Positions 1 through 12,992 of a DNA stretch of 64,000 nt are shown piece by piece. The position numbers and the translations under genes were made by a program. Source of the DNA: Bugula neritina (Eukaryota; Animalia; Bryozoa); contig OZ037769.1 of the NCBI GenBank assembly GCA_964035545.1, positions 15,778,633-15,842,632 on the forward strand, given 5' to 3'. How positions within the stretch are numbered: position 1 is the stretch's first letter; every line of letters starts with the position of its first letter. The notes beneath the pieces were generated by a model. It was not told the DNA's origin, did not search any database, and saw only the letters and a program-made list of their open reading frames with translations.

Positions 1-327
1 ATGTGAGACACTTGGCGAAGGAGTGCAATTTCAAGTGGAATTTGGCGTTCTCCAGCCTACAAAAAGTAGAAAATGTTGATTACAAATCAAATTTAGTTAA
101 ATTTTAATCAGTGCAAATTAACTCTTGAAAGATTTTTATTTAAATTTGAATAATCAAATGCAGATGCTTACATTTGGTCTATACCACTCGGTGACTTTGC
201 TTTTATCCACAACTTTGACAGCTACTTTGAGTTGGTCTGATTTTCTAACTCCACTATAAACTGTACCAAATCCACCGCTGCCTAGTTTTTCTCCAGTGCA
301 ATGATATTTATCCATAAAGCTCGTCAT
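1..327 (-). CDS. PIM: PIM-family Ser/Thr kinase, 5' part (exons 327-172 and 56-<1); gene continues beyond the left edge
   Basis: Spliced translation [52 protein letters not shown]|[18 protein letters not shown]. It has the PIM-type P-loop [10 protein letters not shown], the VAVK lysine and the PIM 'PLEIALL' alphaC motif. GT-AG phase-0 intron 171-57; an upstream acceptor at about 336 implies a 5'UTR intron. Confidence 0.85.
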
Positions 328-1306
328 GGTTGCTGCTAAAAATAATGAATATGAAATTAAATTACAATTGCTAAAACAAATGAGTAAAAATTTGAAATAA
401 GGATCCGTAGTTTTAGCATTTACTCTAATTAGTTGGCTCAAAGTAATATTAATCTTAGTATGAGTGTATTTAATTTAATTCTAATAGTAATATAAAAAAT
501 ATCAAATTATTTAAATTATAACCGAGTGTCGAGTTTAACTTGATGCAATCAGCCAAACTCAAACTGCTAGTTTCCAATATTAGTACGAGAATAAATCAAT
601 TTGCAAAACTAAATTGCTTTAGTTTGCCAGCGTTCATTCTATTTCATATTGATCAGCCTTAGATTAGACATGATGATTACCTGCTGCCGATGATTTAGTG
701 TTGTTGATTCGAGTATTATCCAATTTTTGAGAGGTGTGAGTAGTTGAATTACTAAATTCCAAATGATGTCCAGTCTTCATAGCTATCATTTTAAATACTA
801 TTTGTTAAAATGCGGAACTCGTGATGAAATCAAAGTACGCTTCCACCAACAGTTGTATTTGAAATGCCAGTGTGTAACTGGTTCCTGCTAATATAACAAC
901 GATCCTATTAACATGAATGGTACGGCGATTCGACGTTTTTGCGTAACAATAACTAATGTCTACAATTTTATTAGTACTGTTTTTAATGTTTTTGCTGCAA
1001 TAACTTAAATATAAAACATTTAAAAAAGTTTATTTTAATTTTTAATTTAAAATGTTTTGTTTAAACGTATATTTACTAAAATAAAAACCGTTTTTTTACG
1101 GCGGAGTAATAATACTTGTCTGGCATAGTCAAGTGATATTTGGCGCACATCCAAAATAACAGAATTCCCGCTCGCAACCAACCAATCAAATCTCTCAAAT
1201 TCTACTGAGTCATTGAAAAATGTACGCATTCCTAGTATTACAATGAGCTGGTTGTAAACGTGTAGCGTGGCAATAGCAGAGTAGTGACCTCGGTATAGGC
1301 TACTTT

Positions 1307-1470
1307 TCTCACGTTTGTTTAAAGCCTTCATCCCTGTGAGAACGTTGATGGTTTTGAGGGCTTCACAGGACATCACGACTGGATACATTTCCTGATAACA
1401 CCAGTAGCCATGCAGAGGTTTGAACCAATCACCTAGGTCTACTATACTCTTTCCTTAGCTACTTTGCTAT
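1307..1470 (-). mobile_element. Diverged copy or subfamily of the tRNA-derived SINE found at 5669/28598/39357
   Basis: Reverse strand reads GGTTCAAACC...GGCTACTGGTGTTATCAGGAAATGTATCCAGTCGTGATGTCCTGTG...CTCACAGGGAT...AAAC..CGTGAG, which is collinear with the family's B-box, core and tail. Boundaries approximate. Confidence 0.6.
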
Positions 1471-4000
1471 TAAATGAAAAAGAAAACTAAACATCAACTA
1501 CTATTAGTATCACCATGGCCTCCTATCCACACAAAATTCCATCTAGTATTTTAAGAAACTCATCAACTAAATCACTTACAATTTGAAAATCAAACCATCT
1601 GCAGTGGTGACACTATACAAGGAAACATCAAACAAAACAAATTACTCACAGAGAAAATGAGCTGTTAATGTTGTTAATCACAGTCACAAGTGAAAGTGTT
1701 TCCTTATTGCCAAATTAGTTGATGATAATCCCATCTGTTGTCTACTGAGTGTAAACAACTTTAATATGAGTAACTAGTTGAATAGACACCGTTTACATAA
1801 TAATTTTATGTAATCGGCAATAGCAATGCTATGAGGGAATAACTCCAAATCTGTGGTCAAATATTTATTATAATTATAATATCTTTGAACAAGGTGTGTA
1901 AATGCTGCTCGATTTGCTTGAATAATAATGACATGGGGAATATGATTTAAATTGTTGTACTCAAGGCTGCGGTTTTATTGCATATTTTAAAAATTATATT
2001 TCATGACGGTTCATTGTTGTTGCATATTTTTAAAATCATAATAAATCAGAAAGAAAAGCATTTTGTAAAAAAATTACTAAAATATTTTGTAAATATTTTT
2101 GTCAAATGAAAGAATAAGCCATCACAAGTGGAATGAGAAAAGTTAATTTCTTGCCAAAGATAATTGAAAAATTGTATTTAAATCCACATACATGTTTAAT
2201 GACCCCCCCCCCCCCCCAATAGGTTTTTAAGTCAGTGAAAATACATAACAGTTTTTCTCATATAATTTCAATACTAAATTTTAAATAAAAAGCTAAAAAT
2301 CTTATGCTTCAAATCAACAAACTCATTAGTAAAAATTAAAAAATCCAATACCAAAAGAACATAACTCCAAATTATAAAACATATTTTGTATAGATAACGG
2401 CTTTTGAGTTGGGTTTAAACCAATAGCATAGTTTTATAAATTCAAAGTTATATTCTGAAGTAAAAATATTTTTTTTAATTCTCAAGTTGTCCTCCAATCC
2501 CACCCTTTCTATAAGAACGAATCAGCAACTTATACAACTCACAATGACTTGAGGGCAGTTGGCATTGTTCCAAGTTACTCCACCCTATTCTTTTAGAATC
2601 TCAACAAAACAATTACTAATTCAATCACTCATTTGAATTACTCATGTCTTATGGATTGAAGTCAGCGAGTACAACTTGAACTACAGGTAAAGGGTTGATA
2701 ATACTCACCTATAGAGAGGTAGAAAAATTGCTGACAGGCAAAATATGACAGTAGATGTGTGCATGAAAATTTAATAGATGTTATCTATTAATAATTGTTC
2801 TATAATATGTATTTATGTTTGTTAAACTTTAGTGCTGTGCTGACCTGGCCATGTACTTGGAAATAACTAGGTCTGCAACTCAACTACCTGAACATAAAGA
2901 CATTAATTTGCTGCAGCCCTTATGGGTGTAGAAATGTTTTTTCCATACAGCCTTTTCCCATCACACCCTGTGACCAAGTTTTTTAATTATTTGGTAACAG
3001 CAAAAAACTTGATGTCTATTTTTTTGTCATGAGTTTAACAAACACCAGGCAGTGAAAAATCTTAAGAATGCAGGCTTATATAAACAGTTGGCCACAAAAC
3101 TCTAAAATATTGGTAAACTTTTAGACACCCTTTTATTAAAAACTTTTTTAATTGCAATAATATTACTCCAGTAAGTATTTTTATAGTTGAGTGGAAAATA
3201 TAATTGGAATGGTTTAAATTATTTTAGTCTTAGGGAATAGAATTGAATCAGCTTTAAAAATATAGCTTGCAAGCTGTACATTTACATACAGCATACATGC
3301 ACAGTACCACCTATTGACAAAAAGCATACCAGAAGTTAAAAATAGCAATTAGTTGCTATAATTATATACTACTAAGCGGCAGAATAGGAGACCACCCTGG
3401 TTTTATCGATAAATGTTTTAACCCAAGACTATAGTGTTGTCAGTGTACAAGATTATCTGTTATAAATAGTTTTATTATTATTTACAGCAACAGATCATCA
3501 TTACGCAACTACAAAAGCGCAATTATCACCTTAGTAATATTAAAGCTTCATGTAGGCTATCATTTCAAAGTGTAACTTTGTTTACATTCCCTTGTTTACC
3601 TAAAGAATACTGTCAACACTAAATTATAAGTACAGTGGAGTTTTGGAATTTCTACTTCTTGGCAATTATTTGTTGAGGGCATGTAGCAGTAGACATCATG
3701 GTGAGAGTAAATTAATAAGCAGTAGACATCATTGTGTAGCTGTTATATATTTCTCTTTCTGTCTTATAAAACAGCTAGCTGCATAGGTAACCTTTCGTAC
3801 TGGAGGGGGATTATAATAGACAATATTTTAGAAGCCTCATACTGCACTCCTGGTTTAATTGTATACAAAAGTAAAAAGTTTAAAAATCACTAAGAGTTGT
3901 ACATGTACACATATATTATATGCCCTGTAAGTTAACAGTAGCTTCTAAGTATAAGCTATATTTCATTAAAACTAATTTGCAGTGTTGAGTATACCCAGTG

Positions 4001-4072
4001 GCCCCTGTGGCTTAATGGTTAGAGTGCCTGCTTGCAAGCCAGAGGTCTACGGTTCAAATCCTAGTGGGAGGA
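4001..4072 (+). pseudogene. tRNA-Ala(TGC)-like relic (pseudo-tRNA or head of a second SINE family)
   Basis: A-box TGGCTTAATGG, loop CTTGCAA (TGC anticodon), B-box GGTTCAAATCC. Acceptor and T stems contain mismatches, so it is unlikely to be a functional tRNA. Confidence 0.6.
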
Positions 4073-5668
4073 AATATGTTAAGATTCCTTGCCTTGAATG
4101 GCTGTTGCAGCAAAAGGTAAACTCAATATAATATTATGTTTAAGAAATTGGCATCATATCAGAAAGCTGCTGTTTGTCCTGTGATGTAATATGTATCACC
4201 TTATGCAATAGTATTGTGGTGTAACCTATAGGGCCTGTCTTTACTCGGCTATACCAGTTTCTAGTTGGTCACGCACACCTTGTACCTATTATAACTTACT
4301 TAGCAATGTGTTGATTTTGTAAAGTTTACAAAAAGGTGTTTATATTTACTCTGATTATTAATGTTATGTAATAGTAAAACTATGATATTGTTGTGAGATT
4401 CAATTAATGGATATTTTTATCAAAGTGTGGCAATAAGGGTATAGCAAGTTCACCCACACTAGGTTCTACGTAGTTGTTTGTGGGTGGCATTCAAACTCAG
4501 AACAAAATGCCCACGCAAGCACACACTAAAAATATGCCATACACCTTAAAAGTAATGTGATATTATAGCATATAAGATATCCGCCCATTAATGCGTAGAA
4601 TACCACGGATGCTGCTAATGGTGTGCAACATTGAACTTTAAAAGAAATATACTGCTAACAGCATTTGCTCTACTTATGGGAGCTGTTTGTATTATATTGT
4701 AGCCTATATAAATTTCAAATTTTTGTTTATTCATTGAACTTTCAAACAATTGTCTTTTCTTTTATTTAGTAAATTGAATAACCTTGCTAGGTGGCAAGAC
4801 TGAGTAGTAAAGGTTAGTTTTGTTATGCAAAGGAGGCCTCTAAAGTTAGGTGACAGCTAGTTTCGAGTTGCGAAGACTTTACTAAACAATAGTAATTAAC
4901 ACTTCCATGAAGATGGGCCCTACAAGTTCGCCTATCCTAATTAGTTTCTAAGTCACAACCCGATATGATCACTGACTTGAAACAACAATAGTCTATGCTG
5001 AACTAGCGAGTATTAGGTTACATTGAGTGCACTCTCGCACCCCTTTGTTAGCATTGTATAGCGTCACAACACGCATTCTTTCATGTTTTGGCGGGCTCAT
5101 ACCCCACGCTTTACTGTCAATAGTAGTAGGAATCTGAGTGTACGCAACCGTCGATAACACCGCCATTCACGGCGTGGCTTGATTTCATGCAAATATGTTA
5201 ATACGAGCTTTCCTTATCAATAACCTCTTTATCAACCTATTCAATTCGTATTTGCTCTAAAAACAAGAAATCAAACTGTGTTATAACAGTTCAAATTAAT
5301 TATCGCATGCTCAATGTGGAATCAATTTAAAAATCAACACTGCACTAATGTTCAAAATGGAATGCTGAAAGCCAGCATTCACTAATGAAATATTTTCATC
5401 TCAATTTTTGCACCGAAGTGATTTAAATTGGGAGTTATGTAAGCATGTCATTTTATCTCCAGGGTATATTTTGTTACACAAACAAATGATTGCTTATGAA
5501 ACACAACACTAAAACATAGCGGCGAATACACTATTCTTAGCATCATATTTTATAAACGTGATCCATCCACCCATCATAAGTTACAGCTACTGGTACCTTC
5601 GTTTTCATAACTGTGTCCTAGGGGTGGTTATATATATCTTAATATAGTATAGACATTTATTTGTGGGT

Positions 5669-5885
5669 GGGAGCAGCCGTGGTCTAGGGGTTATAGCGTT
5701 TGCCTAGTAAACACGAAGGTCATGGGTTCGAGCCCTGACAAAGGCCATTAATGATGTTAGGAAGAGCATCCAGTCATAATTGCTCCTGTGACTCATTTAA
5801 ATAAGTCTTTAGCCCCGCTTTAACAAAAACCCTTTCTATCAGGGGTCCCTCACAGAGATAGTGACTATAAACTTGTGTGAGTTTT
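5669..5885 (+). mobile_element. tRNA-derived SINE, copy 1
   Basis: GGGAGCAGCCGTGGTCTAGGGG (A-box)...GGGTTCGAGCCC (B-box)...AGGAAGAGCATCCAGTC core...GAGTTTT. Flanking direct repeat ATTTATTTGTGGGT(GG) at 5655-5670 and 5886-5901. Closely similar to the copies at 28598 and 39357. Confidence 0.9.
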
Positions 5886-7133
5886 ATTTATTTGTGGGTG
5901 GAGGTGGACATTTCTCACAATTTAATTCTAGTTGAATTGTCAATTGAATTTTTTAATTATTAAAGAATTAATTGATTGAGAAGATTTGCCTAGTAACAAA
6001 ACATTTAAAACATTCAGACACCAAGGCCTACATTTTAAACTTTCTAATTTATGTTTAATGTGTGTCTGCTGTACTATATCGTCTGCTGCAATATAGAATA
6101 TTATTGAGGTGACTGCTTGGTAATGTAAAAGTTGGCAGTCATGTGACTTTTGAACTAAGCTATATTAACCAGTAAATAACATGAAATCAGAGGTTCACAA
6201 ATTCAAGTTACAAGTTTAGCTACCTGAGAATTTGCTAAACATTTAATTTCTAAAACACATACAATTAATATTTAATTAGGGTGAAATCAAATATCGAATT
6301 GAGAAATCTTTACGCATAATGTCAATTATGTAATATGTCACTATTTATTCTACAATATTCTTTTCTGTGTATGTATGCATTTTAATAATTAATTGCACAC
6401 TGAATGACACAGTTCCATTAAATATTTTACAGAGTTAAAATTATTAAATGTATACATGCATGGAGAGATTATCTAACAAATTGATTGGAGCTGGGAATTG
6501 TCACCCCTATATGCCTTTTCCTCAAACTATTAGTTGGGCCCAGTTAAATACGTTCATTATGTCTTGGACTATCTACTGTAAATAAGCTATATTGCAATTT
6601 TGTAACATTTCTTTTTTGTATATGCATAATTATATTTTTGTGAGAAAAGTGTTCATAAAATTTTTTTTTTATAAGTCAGCAAACTCACAAAGTGAAACTA
6701 AAACTTCACTATTATTCAACTTTATAAACATTTTATAGTAAAGTTAATAAAAACAGATAAAACTGGTGATATAAGGCCCAATGCTGCCATCATCAAAATA
6801 AAAACTACTTTGGAGTTGTTTTTCTCACACTTTTCAACTTATAGAGTAGATAACTCCATAATAAGTTTCTAATTTAAATTAGTTTTAGCTCTTACGGAAG
6901 TTCAAAATGAGAGTACATACGGGCGCCGAACAGAAACGTCGCTTTAAGAACTTTAAGATCTATGCTTAAATTGCTATTTCCGTCCAACAGTTAAAAAACC
7001 AGCAAAACCAGATGTGAATTCACTGAAACAAAATAAATTAAGTTGGAGTGTGTGAGTTTATATACCTATTTAAACTTTTAATATTAAATAACCTTATCCG
7101 TTTTTCTAAAAGAATAAATCAATTTTAAACGAA

Positions 7134-10100
7134 ATGGCCAACGCTCATGAAGGAAAAACTTTTTACACAGATTTGAAGCGATATCCAGAGATAAATGCAG
7201 ATGCAGATGGTGACTGCGGTACTGGCTATGCTTTGGTACCTGTGTTAGATGCATCTACAGAATTCCTTCCATTCTTTGGTAATAACCTTACCATATATTT
7301 TGTACTTATATATTGATATTTTTATTTTAATCTAATTAATATTAATTGCTGTTTGTTGAGTAACATATTTATATTATAATTATTATTTAATTTTTAAAAA
7401 GTTATACTATTAGTATTACTATTAGTATTAAATCACTTCAAAATCAAAGTTGAAAATGAATATTTTTTATATGAAAATTGCAATACTCGTAATGATGGTT
7501 ATACTGGGATCGATATTGAACTTGTTTGGAGTTTCTATGCAATAAAATTAGTGTCAAGCGTATTTAATTTTATGTCTTAATTTTCAATCTTCGCGTTACT
7601 GTTAGTGTTACTAATCGTATAAGTATTGCTAATGGGAATATTAATGTAATAGTTATTTCTATAACTATATAATATTAATAATGTTATGCTTCTTTTTGAT
7701 ACTATAATTATCATTATGAATATTTTTATTAAATTAAATTTCTTGTAATTGATGAAACTACTTTTAATGGAAGCAGATTTCTTAGCATTAGTTACTAAAT
7801 TACTACTAGTACTAAACTTTGTAAAAATTTAATGCTAGAGAAATGAAATTAAATAGACTATGTACTCTGTGATATTTAAATTTTTATTATAATTTGGAGT
7901 AAATTAAAGTCTGTTAAATCAAAGTCATAATACAGATGCCATCAGAAATATTTTGTTCAAATTAACAAATAATAAAAATTCAATATTTAATGAGAATGAA
8001 TCTAATCGCAAGTTTAGGCTAATATTATTTGTATTGTTTGTGAGAATTTATGAATGATTGAAGTTGTGTAATATTTTGAATAATAGTTGTTACAGTGTTT
8101 ACATTTTATGTTTTTAAACTATGAATTCTGAAAAATTAATGTCAAAATTTACAGAAAATAGATATTAATTTCTGGCAGGTAATTTAATAGTTTGGCTATT
8201 TGCTCTGAATATAAAATTTAAATCAGTAAATGGAGTTGATTATGTATTTTTTTCTGCCTGCCCCACTATTGGTGATGGGATTTGTGGACAGTGTTTGTTA
8301 ACGAAGACAAATAAAGTGCTGCTGTCTTCAGTTTAAAGCAAATTTAAATTGAATTCTTTGTTATGAGAGATTATAAATAGCCACTGATTTCTGTGTAACT
8401 TTTTCTTGAAATTCAGTTTGGAGTTTCAGCTGTGCTCATGGTTTAGCCCATCAACGTGTTTATGTTTCATATGTAAGTTCTTTGTGCATGTTTAAAACAC
8501 ATGTGAGTTCAACTTACCAACTGACGTTAGAAACTGCTAGTTTAATTACTGGTATTAATGGCGGAATTCAGCACCGATTTTATTTGCTTAAACTGAGTTT
8601 ATTCAATCATCAGTGGGACTTCAACAAGTCTTGCTAGACTGGCCAATTTAAATAATCTGAAACATATGTGAGGTTCATCTGATTTCATGAAACATACTTG
8701 CTACTTACTTATGTGTTATGACTTTCGAAGTTATTGCCTTTGACACATGTTGCAGATATCTTTGGTACTATGCTGAAGCTATGCAAGAATGATTTTTCTG
8801 GAAACATTAATGTAAGTTGTTAGGAGTTTTCAGACAATTATCGCAATCTAAAGTTGTGTTTACTCGCTGTACAATTCCGAGTGAGTCATGCAGATGCCTT
8901 TATAATTAATCTGATATGTAAGGCAACTGTCACAGATTTTCTTTTCTTTTTACATTAGAAAGCTGGAAATACTTGTACCAATTATAATATGAGTATGTAA
9001 AATATCTATTCTACATAATGAAGTGTTATTCGAATTTAGCAAATCAAACATTTTAGTTGTGCAAAAAGTTCAACCTTTTTTATGTTTTCAGAAGCTGCAA
9101 AAGAAAAGGAAGGAGATTTCTAAAGCCCAGACCTTCAAGGAACTCTTGGATTATGAGTTGAATAATGGACTCGCTAAAAAGAGCGATAGTGCATGCATTG
9201 CTGCTCTTTGGTACAAAAGGTACGTGGTCTTGCAGCCTAGTAAAAATTGGACAAATGTTTATGGCATGCTATGTGATAGCAATATTGCAATATAACTATT
9301 TCAATACAAATATTTGTGTCGGAGTTAAATTAATAAATATTTTTGTTGACAGTCTGATAATCAATCAATTTTTAGCTGTCAAAAGTACAGTATTTTCTGT
9401 AATAGTCTAGTATATATGACCTTTTTTATTACTTTTCTCTAAATATATATGGTAGTTCATTTGCTGATGCTTTCAGGGGCTTACAGTTCATCATAGCTTT
9501 CATAGAGCAGTTCTTGTATGCCGAAGATACAAAATCAGGTTATGAGTTATTCACAGCTGCGTATGAAGCTACACTGAAGAAATATCACAGCTGGATTGTA
9601 CAGAAAGGCATTTTGGTGAGTAACTAGTTGCGAATTGAGTAATATTGTAACACAGGTTGTGATTGGATGAAATATATTCATCTGATTGGTAATTGATTGA
9701 AGTATGTAATACTGAGTAGTGATTGGTTGAAGTATGTAATACTGAGTAGTGATTGGTTGAAGTATGGAATACTGATCAGTAGAAGTATAAACCGCACACA
9801 ATTATCTTTATACTTTTTACCTGCTGTTATCACACTTTCAGAAAGCAAGTTGTTTTCTGTCACAGCGTGACTCACAGCAGCTCTAGTAGAGTTGGTATAC
9901 AATCTCACGTCACAGTACATTGCTACACACTGCTATCTCTCATCTGTTCTATGCCCCTTTCTCGGCTTACTATTCATGCTCTGTCATTTCAAAGGAATGC
10001 CCAGGTGTGTTTAGCCCAGGTAAGTTTACACTCCCATCTCTCTCTTGTAAACTCCTGCAGTGATTTGAGCATGAGCTAGACCTTCAGCTTATTATATAGT

Positions 10101-11638
10101 GCAAGTAGAGGTCAATGCATGTGTTTACACGAGTGTGTAACATTGTATATATTAGCGTATGTGACATTGTATATATTAGAGTATGTGACATTGTATATAT
10201 TAGAGTATGTAACATTGTATATATTAGAGTATGTAACATTGTATATATTAGAGTATGTAACATTGTATATATTAGAGTATGTAACATTGTGTATATTAGA
10301 GTGTGTAACAGAATGTAGGCCGTGTACACTATGCTAGTGTAGCTAGGTCTACTCTATAATATAATATAATAGAATATGAGATTTTATATTGTAATTTAAC
10401 ATGATAGAATTTATGGTATATTCCATTATATTTATTTTATATATGTATATTTTATTATATATTATATTATAATGTAAAATAAAATCATTTGACAACATAT
10501 AATATGATGTGTTGTATTGTAGCGTATTGCACTACATTTTTATATTAAAATGGAATTTATAATATAATATTACACAATATATTATATAATATATTGTAAC
10601 TTCATACCAAAGCAAAAACTAACAGTTATGCATACTGATAGCCTTAGAATATTTGATTTTGTAGCCACTCCCCCCCCCCCCGTAGTAGCTCTTTGCTATC
10701 CCCAACTTGATTTTCTGATGCCAACACGCTATATCCTGTGAACTTAGCCTACCTTTCTACTTCTTCTGCAGGTTGAGTTGATCTGTCTGTCTGTCTGTCT
10801 CTTGATTTCCTTACACGAACTTCTCTCTCTGTTTCTGTCATTCCATCACTCTTTGAGAATCTCAGCTCCTTCAGTTGTGAGTCCCGAATAAACAACTCCC
10901 CCAGCTTGACTCCCGGCTTTGATTTTATCAGTTACTCTCATCTTAGACAATATTACTTAGTAACATAGTCACGTGTGACACTGACATATGGTGACACTGC
11001 CATATGTGATGCTGCCATATGTGACACTGACATATGGTGACACTGCCATATGTGACGCTGCCATATGTGACACTGACACATGGTGACACTGACATATGGT
11101 GACACTGACATATGTGACACTGACATATGTGACACTGACACATGGTGACACTGACATATGGTGACACTGACATATGTGACACTGACATATGTGACACTGA
11201 CATATGGTGACACTGACATATGTGACACTGACATATGGTGACACTGACATATGTGACACTGACATATGGTGACACTGACATATGTGACATGTGCTGCAGG
11301 TGGTGGCCAGGATGATTCCCCAGAGGTCTGAGGTGGTGAAGATGCTGTGTTATGGAGATGAAAGTCTTCAGTCTCAGGTAGACTGCTCTGTCTAACGTGT
11401 CTACCGGCAGCTTCCTGTTTGCTGCCATTTCCTGTTTAGAACGTGTCAACTGAGAATCCACAGTTACTTACATGTACTTACAGTTATTTACATGTACTTA
11501 CATGTACTTACAGTTACTTACGTGTACTTACAGTTAATGGCGGATCAGAAAGACTATCTGAAGACGATGAAGCCTCTTGCTGATTACTTACACAACCTGA
11601 TAGTGGACCTGGGACTAGACACAGAGGAGAAAGTTTGA
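7134..11638 (+). CDS. GLTP: Glycolipid transfer protein (GLTP/FAPP2-type GLTP domain), 216 aa
   Basis: Exons 7134-7278, 8756-8811, 9092-9219, 9477-9615, 11300-11377, 11534-11638 (651 nt; all GT-AG, phases consistent). Motifs FLPFFDIFG..KNDFSGNI.K, ALWYKRGLQF, AYEATLKKYHSWIVQ, and C-terminal LDTEEKV. Confidence 0.92.
9655..9780. repeat. 30-bp intronic minisatellite (GTGATTGGTTGAAGTATGTAATACTGAGTA)
   Basis: About 4 tandem copies just downstream of the GLTP exon 4 donor. Confidence 0.85.
10130..10310. repeat. 24-bp minisatellite (TGTAACATTGTATATATTAGAGTA)
   Basis: About 7 copies in GLTP intron 4; explains the ORFs at 10084-10337. Confidence 0.9.
10968..11292. repeat. 15/16-bp minisatellite (GTGACACTGACATAT[G])
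   Basis: About 20 copies ending a few nt before the GLTP exon 5 acceptor. Confidence 0.9.
11461..11536. repeat. 10-bp repeat built from the GLTP last-exon acceptor (TACTTACAG|TTA / TACTTACATG)
   Basis: Several ACAG|TTA copies precede the productive acceptor at 11533/11534. Confidence 0.8.
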
Positions 11639-12885
11639 GACGTCATATCTGCACCCCCCCCCCAGTCTAGCGCAAGTAGTTAAACTACATTCCATAGAGA
11701 TTTCCCCTGCAAGTATATAACTGTGCTATTTTACTCTCCTCTGTGTTATTACTAACATGTCAGGAGTTGTCTCCCTTAACCCTGGAATATTGTACAATTT
11801 ATCTTATCGCAATTTCACAAGTATTTCGAAAGTGTAATAGTTTGCGTATTACATAACGTGTCTGTTAGCGTGTCTTGCTATTTATTTCCTAAAAACACTT
11901 TATTTTGTTGACCATTTTTAATTTTCAGTCACCTTTTACTCTCTTTGCCCATAGATCTGATGAAAGCTTTATTTTGTTATATCAACAGCTGAGTTGTTTA
12001 TTTCAAGTAAATTTTTTGTCGAAACATAATTTTATTTTAGATTTTTTATACGCATCTGTATTTGCAGTTTTTAATGTTCGTTTCTCCTTGTGTGACGGTA
12101 TGTCTACATGTATTCAACTTCACTGATACGTGGCAGGGCCTAAGATAAACATATGGAGTGATAATATATTGTACAATTGTGAAATGTTAGCTTTTCATAG
12201 CAATAACATTTACTAGTGCCAGTGTACCATAGAATATTATAGCCTGTGGTTAATATATTGTATTTGTGGAGTTATCGGCCCATTCAAGTGGATGAGAGTT
12301 TTCTACCCTTGCATGTAATTCTAGTGCTACCAATAAAAGTGCTCAAGTTTGTGAAGCTGTTTCTCTTCTCTGTTATTCTAGTTGTACTTCTTTTACAATA
12401 CTAAAGGCATGCTTGTTGCTATATCTAATACACAGTCTATGGAATACACCACAATACAAATGTATAATATGTTGAGATATCTAGAATTGGAGTGCTTGGA
12501 GTTATTTTCTCTACTTTGACACATTGGTCTAGGAAATTCTAATGTAGTGCAATGTATTAAATACAGTAAAACTCAAGGTGGTGAATTCACTGAAGTAGAC
12601 TAAGTTACTTTCAGTATACGTATTATTAATAAAATTGATGCTTGAGAGGGTTAGACTTGGAAATCTGTAAGTTTATTCTCAAATTTTATTTTTATAAATA
12701 TCAGCTGATATGTCAGCCATGTTTTTAAGTAACGTTATGGTTACTTGACCAGAGGGTAGCGTCAGCTATTAGCATGGAGTTTTAGTTGCTGCCTAGTCAA
12801 TGCACTTGGCAGTGTTCAGGAAACCACGGCAACCAAAATGCTACCAAATGAATTGATCTCTATCTCATTGGCTTGCTAATTGTCA

Positions 12886-12894
12886 TATATATAA
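12886..12894 (+). promoter_or_regulatory. Candidate TATA box of the transglutaminase gene
   Basis: ATATATATAAGG about 100 nt upstream of the ATG at 12993; position-based only. Confidence 0.35.
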
Positions 12895-12992
12895 GGCAGA
12901 GAGTACACAGGCTTACATCATAAGACAGGGCAGGTAACAGGTAAGCTGGTCTCTATTACCAAAGGATAGAATATCATAAGGTGAGACTCGGT

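Noticed and set aside
670-735. Possible C/D-box snoRNA (ATGATGA...CCTGCTGCC)
   Set aside because: No clear terminal CTGA D-box or stem, and the rRNA complementarity is only about 9 nt.
1047-1388. 113-aa ORF on the minus strand
   Set aside because: It starts inside a SINE relic and has no recognisable motif or supporting exon chain.
4001-4072. Functional tRNA-Ala gene
   Set aside because: Acceptor and T stems pair poorly and no oligo-T terminator follows immediately; kept only as a pseudo-tRNA/SINE head.
10943-11461. Cys/His-rich, metallothionein-like ORFs
   Set aside because: Antisense translation of the GTGACACT minisatellite inside a GLTP intron.
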